A DNA stretch of 64,000 bases, taken from a virus. The notes beneath the pieces were generated by a model, which saw nothing but the letters and a program-made list of their open reading frames with translations, had not been told where the DNA came from and ran no database searches. The stretch is taken from IMG/VR virus record IMGVR_UViG_3300048687_000113, positions 1 through 64,000 of that record; one strand, 5' to 3'. Positions 8,694-18,573 of this stretch are shown one piece after another (position 1 is the first letter of the stretch; every line of letters starts with the position of its first letter). A program made the position numbers and the translations under genes.

Positions 8694-10488
8694 AAAGTGG
8701 AACCTGGAGACGAACTCGGCGCTGACCGCAGAGCCCGGCTCCCCGGTCGCACTCGTCGATGACCCGCGTACCGCCGAGGAGCGCGTCGCCGACCGGCCGG
8801 CCGACTACGGCGAGAGCATCGTTCCCCCGAAGCCCACCTGGTACAAGACGGCAGACGGCGAGGACACCGGCGCGGGCCGCGTCCAGCCCCGCGAGATCCA
8901 GGTCTACTGGCGCTCCAACATCGGCGAAATCAGTGCGCACGCGAAGATGCCGCCGCTCCCGCCGCTGCCCGACCAGGGCGGCTACAACCTCGGCTCGCGC
9001 GGCCTGGACCACATCTACATCGCCGGCCACCGCGTCACCGTCGTCGGCGAAGGCGATGTCATCGTGCCCGGCTCCGAGGGCGACGCCCTGATCACCGGCT
9101 ACTGGGACCGCACCAACGCCGTCCGCCCCCAGTGGGTGCGCATCACACCGGAGACCGAATACACGCTCACCGTCGCCGCGTACAACCACGACGACGTCTA
9201 CGGCCCCGAATCGGCCCCGCTGACCGTGACCACCCCGGCCGTCGGCTACGACCAGCAGCACACCACCCTGCCGCCCACAGCCCCCGACAACCTCCAGTTC
9301 GGCGCCCCGCTCCCGGTCATCACCTCGACGGCCGGCGGCCCCATCGTCCTCACCTGGGACAAGCAGCGAGACGTCACCCTGTACGAGGTCTACACGAACC
9401 CGACCCGCGAGACCGACGTGGCCATGGACCCCGACCGCATCGGGCTCGACGTGGGCGACGTGAAGGTGGGCGAGATCAACCAGCCCACCGGCACGAACCC
9501 GACCGTCACCTTCACTACCTCGAACTTCACCGTCCCCGAGCAGCGCCTGGCCCTCAAGGTCCGCTCCGTGCGCACCGACGCCAACGGCACGGCCTTCAGC
9601 CCCTTCTCCACGGTGCTGCGCAGCCAGCTTCCCCCGGCCACGGCCTCCCCCGGCAAGGCCGGCACGCCCACCCTCACGGAGTCCCCGGTCGTCGGCGGCC
9701 AGGTCAAGCTCACCCTCACCCCGCCGTCCATCGGCCCCGTCAACGGCGCCCCCAGCTATTACGCGGTCTACGACGGCAGCCGGCAGGTCGCCTCCGTCCA
9801 GGCCCCGCTCCCCGCCGCCCCGCACGTCACCCTCAACTACAAGGCCGGGCAGGCGTACAGCTTCACCGTCGTCGCAGCCAACTCGCTCGGCGTCGGCCCG
9901 GCCTCGACCGCGCTCACCGGCACCGTGCCCACGCCTGCCGCCCCCGCAGCGCCGACCGGCCTCGCCCTCAACGGCGCCGTCGCCACCACGAGCGTCCCGG
10001 TGAAGTGGAATGCGATCACGATGGACCCGCCGGTCACCCGGTACACGCTCTACCAGGGCACCACCAACAAGGGCACCGTCGACCACCCCAACACCAGCGG
10101 CACGGTCACCGGCTACACCGCCGGCCAGAACTTTTCGATCACCGTCACCGCCACCAACTCCGTCGGTGAATCCGCGAAGTCGACCGCGCTGACCGGCAAG
10201 ACGAACGCCGCCCCCGCCGCCCCCACGGCCGTCGCTGTCAACTCGGTGACCACCACCGGCATGAACGTCACGTGGACCACACCGGCCGGCGCCCAGCCCG
10301 CCGTGACCTCCTACAAGGTCTACGACGGCACCACCCTCAAGGCGACCATCCCGGCCGGCACCACCACCGCCGCGCTCACCGGCTACACGGCCTCCACCGC
10401 CTACTCCATCACCGTCGCCGCCGTGAACTCCGTCGGCGAGGGCCCCAAGTCGAGCCCGGCCGTGACCGGCACCACCCCCGCCGCCTAA
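8683..10488 (+). CDS. Fibronectin type III repeat protein (probable virion surface or tail)
   Basis: Repeated W...Y.V...Y.itV.A.N.vGeg FN3 pattern, about 5 domains. Confidence 0.85.
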   Translation: MANEKWNLETNSALTAEPGSPVALVDDPRTAEERVADRPADYGESIVPPKPTWYKTADGEDTGAGRVQPREIQVYWRSNIGEISAHAKMPPLPPLPDQGGYNLGSRGLDHIYIAGHRVTVVGEGDVIVPGSEGDALITGYWDRTNAVRPQWVRITPETEYTLTVAAYNHDDVYGPESAPLTVTTPAVGYDQQHTTLPPTAPDNLQFGAPLPVITSTAGGPIVLTWDKQRDVTLYEVYTNPTRETDVAMDPDRIGLDVGDVKVGEINQPTGTNPTVTFTTSNFTVPEQRLALKVRSVRTDANGTAFSPFSTVLRSQLPPATASPGKAGTPTLTESPVVGGQVKLTLTPPSIGPVNGAPSYYAVYDGSRQVASVQAPLPAAPHVTLNYKAGQAYSFTVVAANSLGVGPASTALTGTVPTPAAPAAPTGLALNGAVATTSVPVKWNAITMDPPVTRYTLYQGTTNKGTVDHPNTSGTVTGYTAGQNFSITVTATNSVGESAKSTALTGKTNAAPAAPTAVAVNSVTTTGMNVTWTTPAGAQPAVTSYKVYDGTTLKATIPAGTTTAALTGYTASTAYSITVAAVNSVGEGPKSSPAVTGTTPAA

Positions 10489-10502
10489 GGAGGTTCAAGA
10501 CA

Positions 10503-10808
10503 GTGCCCACCCCCACCCTCGGCCGCACCGTCCAATTCCGGGCCAGCGCCGACGACGCCGCACAGATCAACAAGCGCCGCAAGGACGCCGCCGAATCCCG
10601 CATCGCCAGCAAGGAGAACGGCGCCGTCGTCCACGTCGGCAACGAGGTCGCCGAAGGCCAGGTATTCCCGGCCGTCATGGTCCGCATATGGCAGGCCGGC
10701 TCCGTCAATCTCCAGGTCCACCTCGACGGCACCGACATCTTCTGGGCCACCAGCCGCTCCGAGGGCGACAACCCCGGACAGTGGACCTGGCCGGAGGTGG
10801 TGGGCTGA
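10503..10808 (+). CDS. Phage hypothetical protein
   Basis: AAGGAGG RBS; PTLGRTV..PAV..VNLQV..W.WP pattern. Confidence 0.75.
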   Translation: MPTPTLGRTVQFRASADDAAQINKRRKDAAESRIASKENGAVVHVGNEVAEGQVFPAVMVRIWQAGSVNLQVHLDGTDIFWATSRSEGDNPGQWTWPEVVG

Positions 10809-11605
10809 TGTCCGACCCGCTCAGCCCCGCCGCCTTCCTCGCCGCCCTGCGCGCCGAGGGCCTGACCGTCGTCGAGGTCGGCTCCTGGCGCACCCACAAC
10901 CGCAACCACATCGGACCGTGGGGCGGCGTCAACGGCGTACTGATCCACCACACCGTCACCTCCGGCACCTCCCGCACCGTGGAGATATGCCGCAACGGCT
11001 ACAGCGGACTCCCCGGCCCGCTGTGCCACGGCGTCATCGCCAAGGACGGCACGGTCTACCTCGTGGGCTACGGCCGCGCCAACCACGCCGGCGGCGGCGA
11101 CGGCCATGTCCTGGACCAGGTCATCGCCGAGAGCTACAAGACCACCCCGTCCAAGCCAACGAAGACCGACGCCACCGGCATCGACGGCAACCCCCACTTC
11201 TACGGCTTCGAGTGCGAGAACCTCGGCAACGGCAACGACCCCTGGCCCGCCAAACAGGTCGAGGCCATCGTCCGCGCGAGCGCCGCCGTCTGCCGCGCCC
11301 ACGACTGGGGCGCCAAGTCGACCATCGGCCACCTCGAATGGCAGCTCGGCAAGGTCGACCCCAAGGGCTTCACCATGACCAGCCTGCGCACCCGCATCGC
11401 CGAGCGACTCAAGCACGCCGCGTCCTGGTCCCCCGGCGGCACCGCCACCTACACGGTCAAGAAGGGCGACACCCTCTCCTCCATCGCCAAGGCCAAGCTC
11501 GGCGACGCCAAGCGCTACAAGGAGATCGTCACCCTCAACAAGGCCAAGCTGCCCGACCCCAACAAGCTCAGCATCGGCCTGGTGCTCAAGCTCCCCCGAA
11601 AGTAG
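10808..11605 (+). CDS. Endolysin: Amidase_2 N-acetylmuramoyl-L-alanine amidase plus LysM
   Basis: IHHT, ANHAG, GFECEN, IGHLEW..K.DP; C-terminal YTVKKGDTLSSIA LysM. Confidence 0.93.
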   Translation: MSDPLSPAAFLAALRAEGLTVVEVGSWRTHNRNHIGPWGGVNGVLIHHTVTSGTSRTVEICRNGYSGLPGPLCHGVIAKDGTVYLVGYGRANHAGGGDGHVLDQVIAESYKTTPSKPTKTDATGIDGNPHFYGFECENLGNGNDPWPAKQVEAIVRASAAVCRAHDWGAKSTIGHLEWQLGKVDPKGFTMTSLRTRIAERLKHAASWSPGGTATYTVKKGDTLSSIAKAKLGDAKRYKEIVTLNKAKLPDPNKLSIGLVLKLPRK

Positions 11606-11641
11606 GCGCGTTGAAGCGCTGGAAGCGAAAGGAGGCACGGC

Positions 11642-11947
11642 ATGACCTTCTACGACTGGGTCGTCTCCGTATGGCGCATGCTCGTCCCCGTCATCGTCGG
11701 ATGGGTCGTCACGCTCCTCGTACAGATCAACGTGACCGTGGATGAACAGGCCCTCTCGAACGCGCTCGTGGCGGGATTCACCCTCGTCTACTACGGGATC
11801 TTCCGGACGCTGGAAGCCCGCGTAAGCCCCGCATTCGGCTGGTTCCTGGGCCTGGCCCGGCCGCCGTCCTACCCGACCAAGCCGGACACCGCCCCCAGGG
11901 CCACTCCGACCAGCACCACCTCCCCGTACGGAACGCCGCCCGTATAG
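11642..11947 (+). CDS. Holin-like membrane protein
   Basis: Two TM helices directly after the endolysin; AAGGAGG RBS. Confidence 0.75.
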   Translation: MTFYDWVVSVWRMLVPVIVGWVVTLLVQINVTVDEQALSNALVAGFTLVYYGIFRTLEARVSPAFGWFLGLARPPSYPTKPDTAPRATPTSTTSPYGTPPV

Positions 11948-12041
11948 CGGATACCAGCCTCAATTTCCGAGGCTCTACGGTGACAGGCGCCGGAACGCCG
12001 AAGGGATCGCCGGGGACCTGTCCCCGTTGAAAGGACACCTC

Positions 12042-12761
12042 GTGTCCCGCCCGAAAATCCCCAACGTTTCCTGGCGCCAACTCCGCATCGCCGTCGCACT
12101 CTTCCTCGCCGGCCTCCTCACAGCCGCCATCCTCGCCCCCAAGGCAGACGCCAAGGACCACCACCCCACACACGACAACAAGGCCGCCCTCACCCCCGCG
12201 ATGACGCCACTGCGCGACATCCTGCGAAGCGACCACCTCCACCTCGTCACCGCCCTGGGCCTCCAGTCACAGGCACAGGCCAAGGCCCACCGCCAGGCAG
12301 CCGCCGAAGCCGCAGCCAAGCACCGGGCCGCCAAGGCAAAGGCCGCAGCCCAGCACCGCGCCCAGGAACAGGCCGCCGCCAAGCGCCGCGCCGCCCAGGC
12401 AGCCGAGCACCAGCGCAGCGCCCCCACCCGCAGCTCCCGCACACGGCACCGGGCAGCCCCGCAGAGCGCCACCGTCTCCGGCGCTCGCGCCTACGCCCAG
12501 TCCCGCATGTCCCCCGCCCAGTTCCAGTGCCTGAGCAGCCTCGTCAGCCGGGAAAGCGGATGGAACCACCGGGCCAGCAACCCGAGTTCGGGCGCCTACG
12601 GACTCTTCCAGGCCCTCCCCGGATCGAAGATGTCATCGGCCGGCAGCGACTGGCAGTCGAACCCCCTCACACAAATGCGGTGGGGGCTTTCTTATATCCA
12701 GGACCGCTACGGAAACCCCTGCGCCGCCTGGAATTTCTGGCAGGAAAATGGATGGTATTAG
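12042..12761 (+). CDS. Secreted lytic transglycosylase (SLT domain)
   Basis: Signal peptide, Ala-rich linker, RESGWN..A.NPSSGAYGLFQALP..YIQDRYG.PC. Confidence 0.9.
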   Translation: MSRPKIPNVSWRQLRIAVALFLAGLLTAAILAPKADAKDHHPTHDNKAALTPAMTPLRDILRSDHLHLVTALGLQSQAQAKAHRQAAAEAAAKHRAAKAKAAAQHRAQEQAAAKRRAAQAAEHQRSAPTRSSRTRHRAAPQSATVSGARAYAQSRMSPAQFQCLSSLVSRESGWNHRASNPSSGAYGLFQALPGSKMSSAGSDWQSNPLTQMRWGLSYIQDRYGNPCAAWNFWQENGWY

Positions 12762-12770
12762 CGTCCAAGC

Positions 12771-13286
12771 ATGACGCAGATCCGCCTACTCCTCTGCAAG
12801 GACTGCCATTCCACCGAAGTGCTTCCGCACTACGAGGGTGACCCGCGCGGAGACACGGTCCTCGAATACGCCGTAGCCAAGCATCAGTATCCCAATGGGG
12901 AAAGGCATTTCGGCCGGCTCTATCCGGTCGACGGCGTGGACGAGGACCGCTGGCATTCCGACGCCGGCGCCCGCGACGAAATCCTGCGCCGCGTGTGGCA
13001 GGAAGAAGGCGCCACCGGAATGGAGCCCTGGGTCTACCAGGCCGTCGACACCCTCAAGGCCGACGCCATGCAGTGCTGGCGCTCCCGCCACCGGCCCGAG
13101 ACCTGCTCGGACTTCCACTCCGAAAAGAAGCTCCTCACCCCGCCCACAGCAGGCGACCGCAAGAGTGAGGGCCTGCCGAAGTGGGACAAGAACAACCCTG
13201 CCGGCCAGCGCTACCTCTGCGACTACTGCCCCATCCGCAGCGTCAACGAGCAGAAGGTACGCGCCAAGCTCGGCCTGTACGAATGA
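12771..13286 (+). CDS. Cys/His-rich hypothetical protein
   Basis: CKDC and CDYC motifs. Confidence 0.7.
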   Translation: MTQIRLLLCKDCHSTEVLPHYEGDPRGDTVLEYAVAKHQYPNGERHFGRLYPVDGVDEDRWHSDAGARDEILRRVWQEEGATGMEPWVYQAVDTLKADAMQCWRSRHRPETCSDFHSEKKLLTPPTAGDRKSEGLPKWDKNNPAGQRYLCDYCPIRSVNEQKVRAKLGLYE

Positions 13287-13768
13287 GCCCCGACCGCCGG
13301 CCCGCCCCGGGCGGCTGGGAGCGCCGCTTCTTCGACAAGGTCGACAAAGGCACGGAATTCGACGACTGCCACATATGGCTCGGCGCACGCGACGACTACG
13401 GCTACGGAAAATTCCGGCTCCCCAACGGGCGCGTCAAGGGCAGCCACATCATCGCCTGGGAAATGGCCAACGAACGGACCGTGCCCCCGGGTTGGCACGT
13501 CGACCACCTGTGCCGAATACGGGCCTGCTGCAACCCCGACCACCTGGAGCCGGTTCCGGCGAGCGAAAACGTGGAACGCGGCGAATCTTTCTCCGCCAAA
13601 AACGCACGCAAAACGCACTGCCCCAAGGGCCACGAATACACCGAAGAAAACATCCGCTGGCACTCCGGCCGCCGCGAATGCGTCACCTGTATCCGCGCCC
13701 GCGACAAAGAACGCCGCCGCTCCCGCCGGCTGGAAAAAGAAGACCTCTACTCACACGAACTCGACTAG
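13283..13768 (+). CDS. HNH homing endonuclease
   Basis: CHIWLG..GYG, VDHLC..RACCNPDHLE..EN, C-terminal HCPKGH..CVTC. Confidence 0.9.
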   Translation: MSPDRRPAPGGWERRFFDKVDKGTEFDDCHIWLGARDDYGYGKFRLPNGRVKGSHIIAWEMANERTVPPGWHVDHLCRIRACCNPDHLEPVPASENVERGESFSAKNARKTHCPKGHEYTEENIRWHSGRRECVTCIRARDKERRRSRRLEKEDLYSHELD

Positions 13769-13776
13769 GAGACCCC

Positions 13777-14061
13777 ATGCCCAACGAGTCCACGGCCGAC
13801 GGCCCTCTCCAGGTGCGCACCGCGTTCCTCGTCGTCCAGCATGAGAATGGCGAGTGGGAAGCCGTCGCCGACCTGGACAAGCCTGTCACGCCCGAACACC
13901 CCGCCTCGGTCATCGAGATGAAGTTCGGCGCTTCCGAGGTCGTCTCCGACATCGAGGCCAGCAAGTTGGCCGCGATCACCGCCCATCAGCTCATGGCGAT
14001 GACGGCGCAGATGCAGCAGGCCGCCCAGAACCAGAGCCTCGCCGACCGCCTCAAGATCTGA
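13777..14061 (+). CDS. Hypothetical protein
   Basis: AGGAG RBS. Confidence 0.7.
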   Translation: MPNESTADGPLQVRTAFLVVQHENGEWEAVADLDKPVTPEHPASVIEMKFGASEVVSDIEASKLAAITAHQLMAMTAQMQQAAQNQSLADRLKI

Positions 14062-14548
14062 CCGGCAACGGCCGGCCCACATCGACCAGCTCTTCTGCCG
14101 TGAGGCCCTCGGCCAGGACGGGGCGGAGCTGGTCGATGTCGTAGGTCATCCCCGGCCCGTACGACGGCGCACCGCGCCCCGGCCCCAGCGGGATACCCAG
14201 GTAGGCAACGCCCGGCGTAGGCCACGTCGGGTCGACCACCGTCCCGTCGGCCGTCACACACCAGGCGTGCTGAAGAGGCAGCAAGTCCCCGTCGCCGAAG
14301 TCGCACACCGCGTACCCCTCGACATACGTCAACTCCTCGCGGACAGACGCCATCGCGAACGCATTCGCATAGCACTGCCGCTCGGGCAGACGCCGGTAGC
14401 GCCTGGATAGCGGGGCAGGGGTGAACAGCCTCCCGTGCACCAGCAGCAGCTCGTCGAGCGACCGGTACACCCACGCATCGCGATGACCCGCCGGCACCCG
14501 GCCAACGCGCTCCCGCAGCTCTCGAATTAGCAGGCTTTCCGCCACCAC
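14051..14548 (-). CDS. Putative transglutaminase/papain-like (Cys-His-Asp) protein
   Basis: QCYANA, YVEGYA, HAWCV, VDPTW; GGAGG RBS. Confidence 0.65.
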   Translation of the reverse strand: MVAESLLIRELRERVGRVPAGHRDAWVYRSLDELLLVHGRLFTPAPLSRRYRRLPERQCYANAFAMASVREELTYVEGYAVCDFGDGDLLPLQHAWCVTADGTVVDPTWPTPGVAYLGIPLGPGRGAPSYGPGMTYDIDQLRPVLAEGLTAEELVDVGRPLPVRS

Positions 14549-14663
14549 AGTTCCCTCCACTTCGAACGCACCATAACGGCCCGCCCGAGACGCCACCATT
14601 AACGGCTCAAAATGCCCCATTCGTACGCTTCTTGGATTCATCCGGGCGTATGGAGCTGATCGC

Positions 14664-15128
14664 GTGCTAGCCGCCGTCATGGTCGTCGAGGGAGTCCTTC
14701 GCATCCCCGACAGCGAAGGCCACATCGACACCGGCTGGGGCCTCTACCAGTCCCTCGCCAGAAACTGCCGCCTCCACCTGCTCTCCCACACCTGGACCGA
14801 GCAGGACATCGCCCTCTGGCTCACCAAACGGCAGATCAGCGGCCACCAGTCCTACCTCCACGCCCCCGAGCCCGGACCCGCCGGCCGCCTCGACGCCCTC
14901 CACCGCGTCCGCGCCTGGCGCATCGGCGCCCTCGTCATCGAATCCGACCCCCAGTGCGCCCTCGCCGAACTGGACGCCGGCTGGAACACCGCCCTGATCA
15001 CCTCCGCCCACCAGGGCCCCCGACCGCCGGCCACCCAACCGCAGACGATCCGCCCCTGGGACGACCTCGCCCACGACATCGAGCGCCAGCACGAACTCCG
15101 CCTCACCCCGCACCCACCGGAGCACTGA
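14664..15128 (+). CDS. HAD-fold-like protein (catalytic Asp apparently absent)
   Basis: VMVVEGVL (DxxGVL-like), WL, VIESDP pattern. Confidence 0.55.
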   Translation: MLAAVMVVEGVLRIPDSEGHIDTGWGLYQSLARNCRLHLLSHTWTEQDIALWLTKRQISGHQSYLHAPEPGPAGRLDALHRVRAWRIGALVIESDPQCALAELDAGWNTALITSAHQGPRPPATQPQTIRPWDDLAHDIERQHELRLTPHPPEH

Positions 15129-15370
15129 TGATCGTCCCCGCCCACCTCGCGCCCCGCCGCTTCCGCCTCATCCGCACCGACGACGTTACCGGCGTCTCCG
15201 GGCCAGGCCACGTCGCCGACGGCGTCCAGTGGCCCGACGGCACCTGCGCCGTCCGCTGGCGCACCCAGATCGCCACCCACGCCCTCTACGACGCCCTCGA
15301 CCACGTCGAGCACATCCACGGCCACGACGGCGCAACCCACATCGAGTTCGTCGACCCGCGCCAGGACTGA
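15128..15370 (+). CDS. Phage hypothetical protein
   Basis: D.TGVSG.G.VA.GV.W.DG..HGH.G pattern; TGATG coupling. Confidence 0.75.
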   Translation: MIVPAHLAPRRFRLIRTDDVTGVSGPGHVADGVQWPDGTCAVRWRTQIATHALYDALDHVEHIHGHDGATHIEFVDPRQD

Positions 15371-15373
15371 CCC

Positions 15374-15562
15374 ATGGCCATGTCCCGCAAGCACTACCGC
15401 GCCCTGGCCCAAGTCCTGCGCCAGGCCCGCGAGTACTACCCCGACGACCAGACCTGCATCGACTTCGTCATGCGCGAACTGGCCGACGCCTGCGCCCGGG
15501 ACAACCGCTCGTTCCGCCGCCAGCAGTTCTACGACGCAGCCACCCCGGAGCCTTCGACATGA
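15374..15562 (+). CDS. Small phage protein
   Basis: MSRKHY...DNRSF..QF..A pattern. Confidence 0.7.
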   Translation: MAMSRKHYRALAQVLRQAREYYPDDQTCIDFVMRELADACARDNRSFRRQQFYDAATPEPST

Positions 15563-17058
15563 TCATGTACTTCGCGGGCGCGGAAATCCCCTCCCACCGC
15601 AACCTGCTCGCGGCCGAAGACGTCCCGCACGTCGGCATGAGCTACATGGGGCTCCGCCGCCGCGTGAAGTTCAGCAAGCCGTGGGCCATCGCCGAGCACT
15701 ACACCCCCCAGCAGTCAGTGTTCCTGGACAGTGGCTGCCACACACTCAACCGGCCCGGCGTCGAAGTCACCACCGGAGAAATCCAGGACATCGCCACCCA
15801 CTACGACGAATTCGTGGAGCAGAACCTGGACCGCGTCCAGGCGTACGTCGAATTCGACGCCCTGCCCATGGGCCGCGACTGGATTGAATCCCGCCGCCAG
15901 CACCTCGACCCCGAAAAAGCCATCGTCGTCTGGCACGAGGAATGGGGCCTCGACGTCCTCAAGCAGATGGCCGACCAGTGGCCCTACATCGCGGTGGGAC
16001 AGGGCACCTGCGGCGACCGCGACATCATCCCCACCCTGCGCTCCATCAGCCGCACTATCCGCCTGCACGGCATGGGCTTCAGCTCCCCGCCGCTCATGCT
16101 CTCCGCCGACTGGTACTCCGTCTCCTCCACCACCTGGCTCAGCGCCGCCCAGCACGGCGAGACCTTCATCTGGGCCGGCAACGAGATGAAGCGCTACCCC
16201 GCCCGCTACAAGGCTCAGGCCCGCAAACGCCACCGCACCCTCATCACCGGCAACGGTTTCGATATCGACCGCATCGAAGCCGACGACGCCACCGAGAACC
16301 TGCGCCTCTCCTTGTGGTCGTGGCGCCGCCAGATCGACCACATTTCCCAGCGCCAGGGCAACGGAGTAACTGACACCACCCCACCCCCCACACCCGGAAG
16401 CAGGGAAAGCAGTGCCCCCACAGTTACGGCGACCTCTCCAGGAGAGCAGCACGAGGGGGTAACTGAACCGCCTGCCACACGAGTGAAGAAACTCCTCCCC
16501 GGCATCGAAACCGAGGAGTTCACCCACCGCTACACCGACCCCGACAGCGGGGAACGCCAGACCCGAACCGAGCACCGCATCAACGCCGTCGACCCCGGCG
16601 TCCGCGTCTGCGACGGCTGCTTCCTGGCCCAAAAATGTCCCGAGTACCAGCCCGGGGAATCCTGCGCGTACGAAATGCCTGTGCGCGTGCGCACCAAGGA
16701 GCAATACATCGCGCTGCTCGACTCGATGATCAGCATGCAGGCCATGCGCGTTTTCTCGATGCGCATGTCAGAGGAGGTAGAAGGCGGGTACGCCGACCCG
16801 AATCTCTCTTCCGAGATGGACCGCCTCGCCAAGTACGTGAAGTTGAAAAGCGACATCGAAGAGGCCGGCTTCAGCTTCTCGATGAAGATGCAGACGAAGG
16901 ACAACGCAGAAGTCGGGCTCATCTCCCGCCTCTTCGGCCCCAAGTCGGATGGGCCCCCCGCGCTGTCCGACGCCGGGACAGTGTCATCCGAATCCGCCCT
17001 GGCCCAGATGGGCATCGTGGACGCGGAAGTCGTCGAGGAGCCCGAGCGAAGGGAGTAA
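15559..17058 (+). CDS. tRNA-guanine transglycosylase/DpdA-like domain fused to a Cys4 domain
   Basis: YFAG, FLDSG, EFD, VWH, LHGMG, SVSSTTW; C-terminal CDGC-x4-C-x8-C. Confidence 0.65.
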   Translation: MIMYFAGAEIPSHRNLLAAEDVPHVGMSYMGLRRRVKFSKPWAIAEHYTPQQSVFLDSGCHTLNRPGVEVTTGEIQDIATHYDEFVEQNLDRVQAYVEFDALPMGRDWIESRRQHLDPEKAIVVWHEEWGLDVLKQMADQWPYIAVGQGTCGDRDIIPTLRSISRTIRLHGMGFSSPPLMLSADWYSVSSTTWLSAAQHGETFIWAGNEMKRYPARYKAQARKRHRTLITGNGFDIDRIEADDATENLRLSLWSWRRQIDHISQRQGNGVTDTTPPPTPGSRESSAPTVTATSPGEQHEGVTEPPATRVKKLLPGIETEEFTHRYTDPDSGERQTRTEHRINAVDPGVRVCDGCFLAQKCPEYQPGESCAYEMPVRVRTKEQYIALLDSMISMQAMRVFSMRMSEEVEGGYADPNLSSEMDRLAKYVKLKSDIEEAGFSFSMKMQTKDNAEVGLISRLFGPKSDGPPALSDAGTVSSESALAQMGIVDAEVVEEPERRE

Positions 17059-17095
17059 CCCCCTCCCCGAGCCCCACGACTGGAAACGCGTTCGT

Positions 17096-17392
17096 CTATG
17101 AAGTGGCGTGCACCCGGACGATCATCTGGGTAGTGAACTCGCACTCCACGCCCTCGCTGTCCACCGCGAGGAAATTCCCGACATCATCCGGCTCACTTGT
17201 CGCCACACATTCACGCTCTGCGATCGTGTCGAAGAGCCCGCCGACCGGAGCCACCAACCGCTCGCCCCTGCCAGCCCGGGATCTCCGCGCGTGCTCTTGC
17301 GCACAGGGCACGCACAGAGGGCCGCCGTCAGCCAGCCCGTCAGGACACCACAGACATGGCGGGTCCTTCAGGTGTAGCCGCTGCCCGCTCAC
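17096..17392 (-). CDS. Hypothetical protein
   Basis: CxxC pairs; overlap coupling. Confidence 0.55.
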   Translation of the reverse strand: MSGQRLHLKDPPCLWCPDGLADGGPLCVPCAQEHARRSRAGRGERLVAPVGGLFDTIAERECVATSEPDDVGNFLAVDSEGVECEFTTQMIVRVHATS

Positions 17393-17634
17393 AGAAGCAC
17401 CTGGTCGACCGGCTTCAGGCCGACCAGATCCTGAATCTCCTGCTCCACCGGCTCACCGAGCTGAACCATCCCTTCGATCAGCTTGGAGAACGCCTCCTGG
17501 TCGACGTCGTGCAGCTCCCGCAGCGAGGCCGGCATCTCGCCCTCGCACACCTCCTCCAGCCTCACCCACGCCTCCGCGAGCTGCTTCTCGACCTCCTCCC
17601 TCGGCCGCACGGTGACCATCCGCTGCTCGCTCAT
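17389..17634 (-). CDS. Hypothetical protein
   Basis: Acidic ORF MSEQRMV..., coupled. Confidence 0.65.
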   Translation of the reverse strand: MSEQRMVTVRPREEVEKQLAEAWVRLEEVCEGEMPASLRELHDVDQEAFSKLIEGMVQLGEPVEQEIQDLVGLKPVDQVLL

Positions 17635-18335
17635 CCCTGCTCTCCATTCGTCCCGAGCCCGTTGCGCAGGATCTCCTCCAGCACGCCGAACCGCTCGAAA
17701 TCGACCTCCACGGTGACGCGCCCAATGACCCCCGCTCTCGGGTGCTCCTTGGCGTAGAAGCGGACGCCGGCCGCCACCCGATCCGGCACGTCCACCCGCT
17801 CGTGAAACCGCGTCAGCAGCTCGGCCAGCGCCGGGTAGTGCTTCGAGAACACAGCACGCTCCGCAGCCTCCTCGGCCGCGTACCTGGCCTGCCGTTCCTC
17901 TTCCTTCTTCTGCTGCTGGGCCGCCTTCGCGGCCTGCCGCGCCAACGCGTCGTCCTTGATCTTCTGGAGACGCTCCGGCGACACCACAAACTTGATCTTG
18001 CTCATGGCCGGGCCAACCTCGCGGTGCTCCGTGACACGGAACGTGCCGCGCTTCACCTCGCCCGCCACCCACACATCCGGCGGGTCCGTCACCTCGGCCG
18101 GCCACTCCAACAGCAGCCGCCGGCCCGCATGGGAAACCTCCAGCAGCGCCCCCGACTTGATTACCGCCCGGAGGTACTTCAGCGCGGCCGACTCGGAGAT
18201 GCCCAGCACCCGCGTCAATGCCCGGCTCTGTGCACCGATCGACAGCAGCACATTGTCGCCTGCCGCCTCCCCGCCCCGCACCGCAGCAATCACATCGGCA
18301 TGCCAGCCGGGCACGTTCTCTTGAACCATGGGCAT
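17631..18335 (-). CDS. Hypothetical protein, possible wHTH
   Basis: SRALTRVLGISESAALKYL HTH-like segment. Confidence 0.6.
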   Translation of the reverse strand: MPMVQENVPGWHADVIAAVRGGEAAGDNVLLSIGAQSRALTRVLGISESAALKYLRAVIKSGALLEVSHAGRRLLLEWPAEVTDPPDVWVAGEVKRGTFRVTEHREVGPAMSKIKFVVSPERLQKIKDDALARQAAKAAQQQKKEEERQARYAAEEAAERAVFSKHYPALAELLTRFHERVDVPDRVAAGVRFYAKEHPRAGVIGRVTVEVDFERFGVLEEILRNGLGTNGEQG

Positions 18336-18573
18336 CTGTCTACCACCCTGACTGGCCTCCTCGGGAGTTTTCACCGCCTCCGCCTCCTTCCCCGCGCGGG
18401 CTTCTCCCGCGACATCCACCATGCCGATAGGGCCAGCGAACAAACCGCCAGCACGACCGCCGTGAGCGCCGTCGAGAGCCTGCTCTGAAACAGGAATTCC
18501 AGGACTGCCAAAGCCCCTCCTCCAGACATGACGAAGCCCCCGCTCCGGCTGAAGCAGGGGCGAATCTCGTGAA

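Noticed and set aside
11948-12041. c-di-AMP (ydaO) riboswitch upstream of the SLT gene
   Set aside because: The gap is too short and lacks the conserved ydaO motifs.
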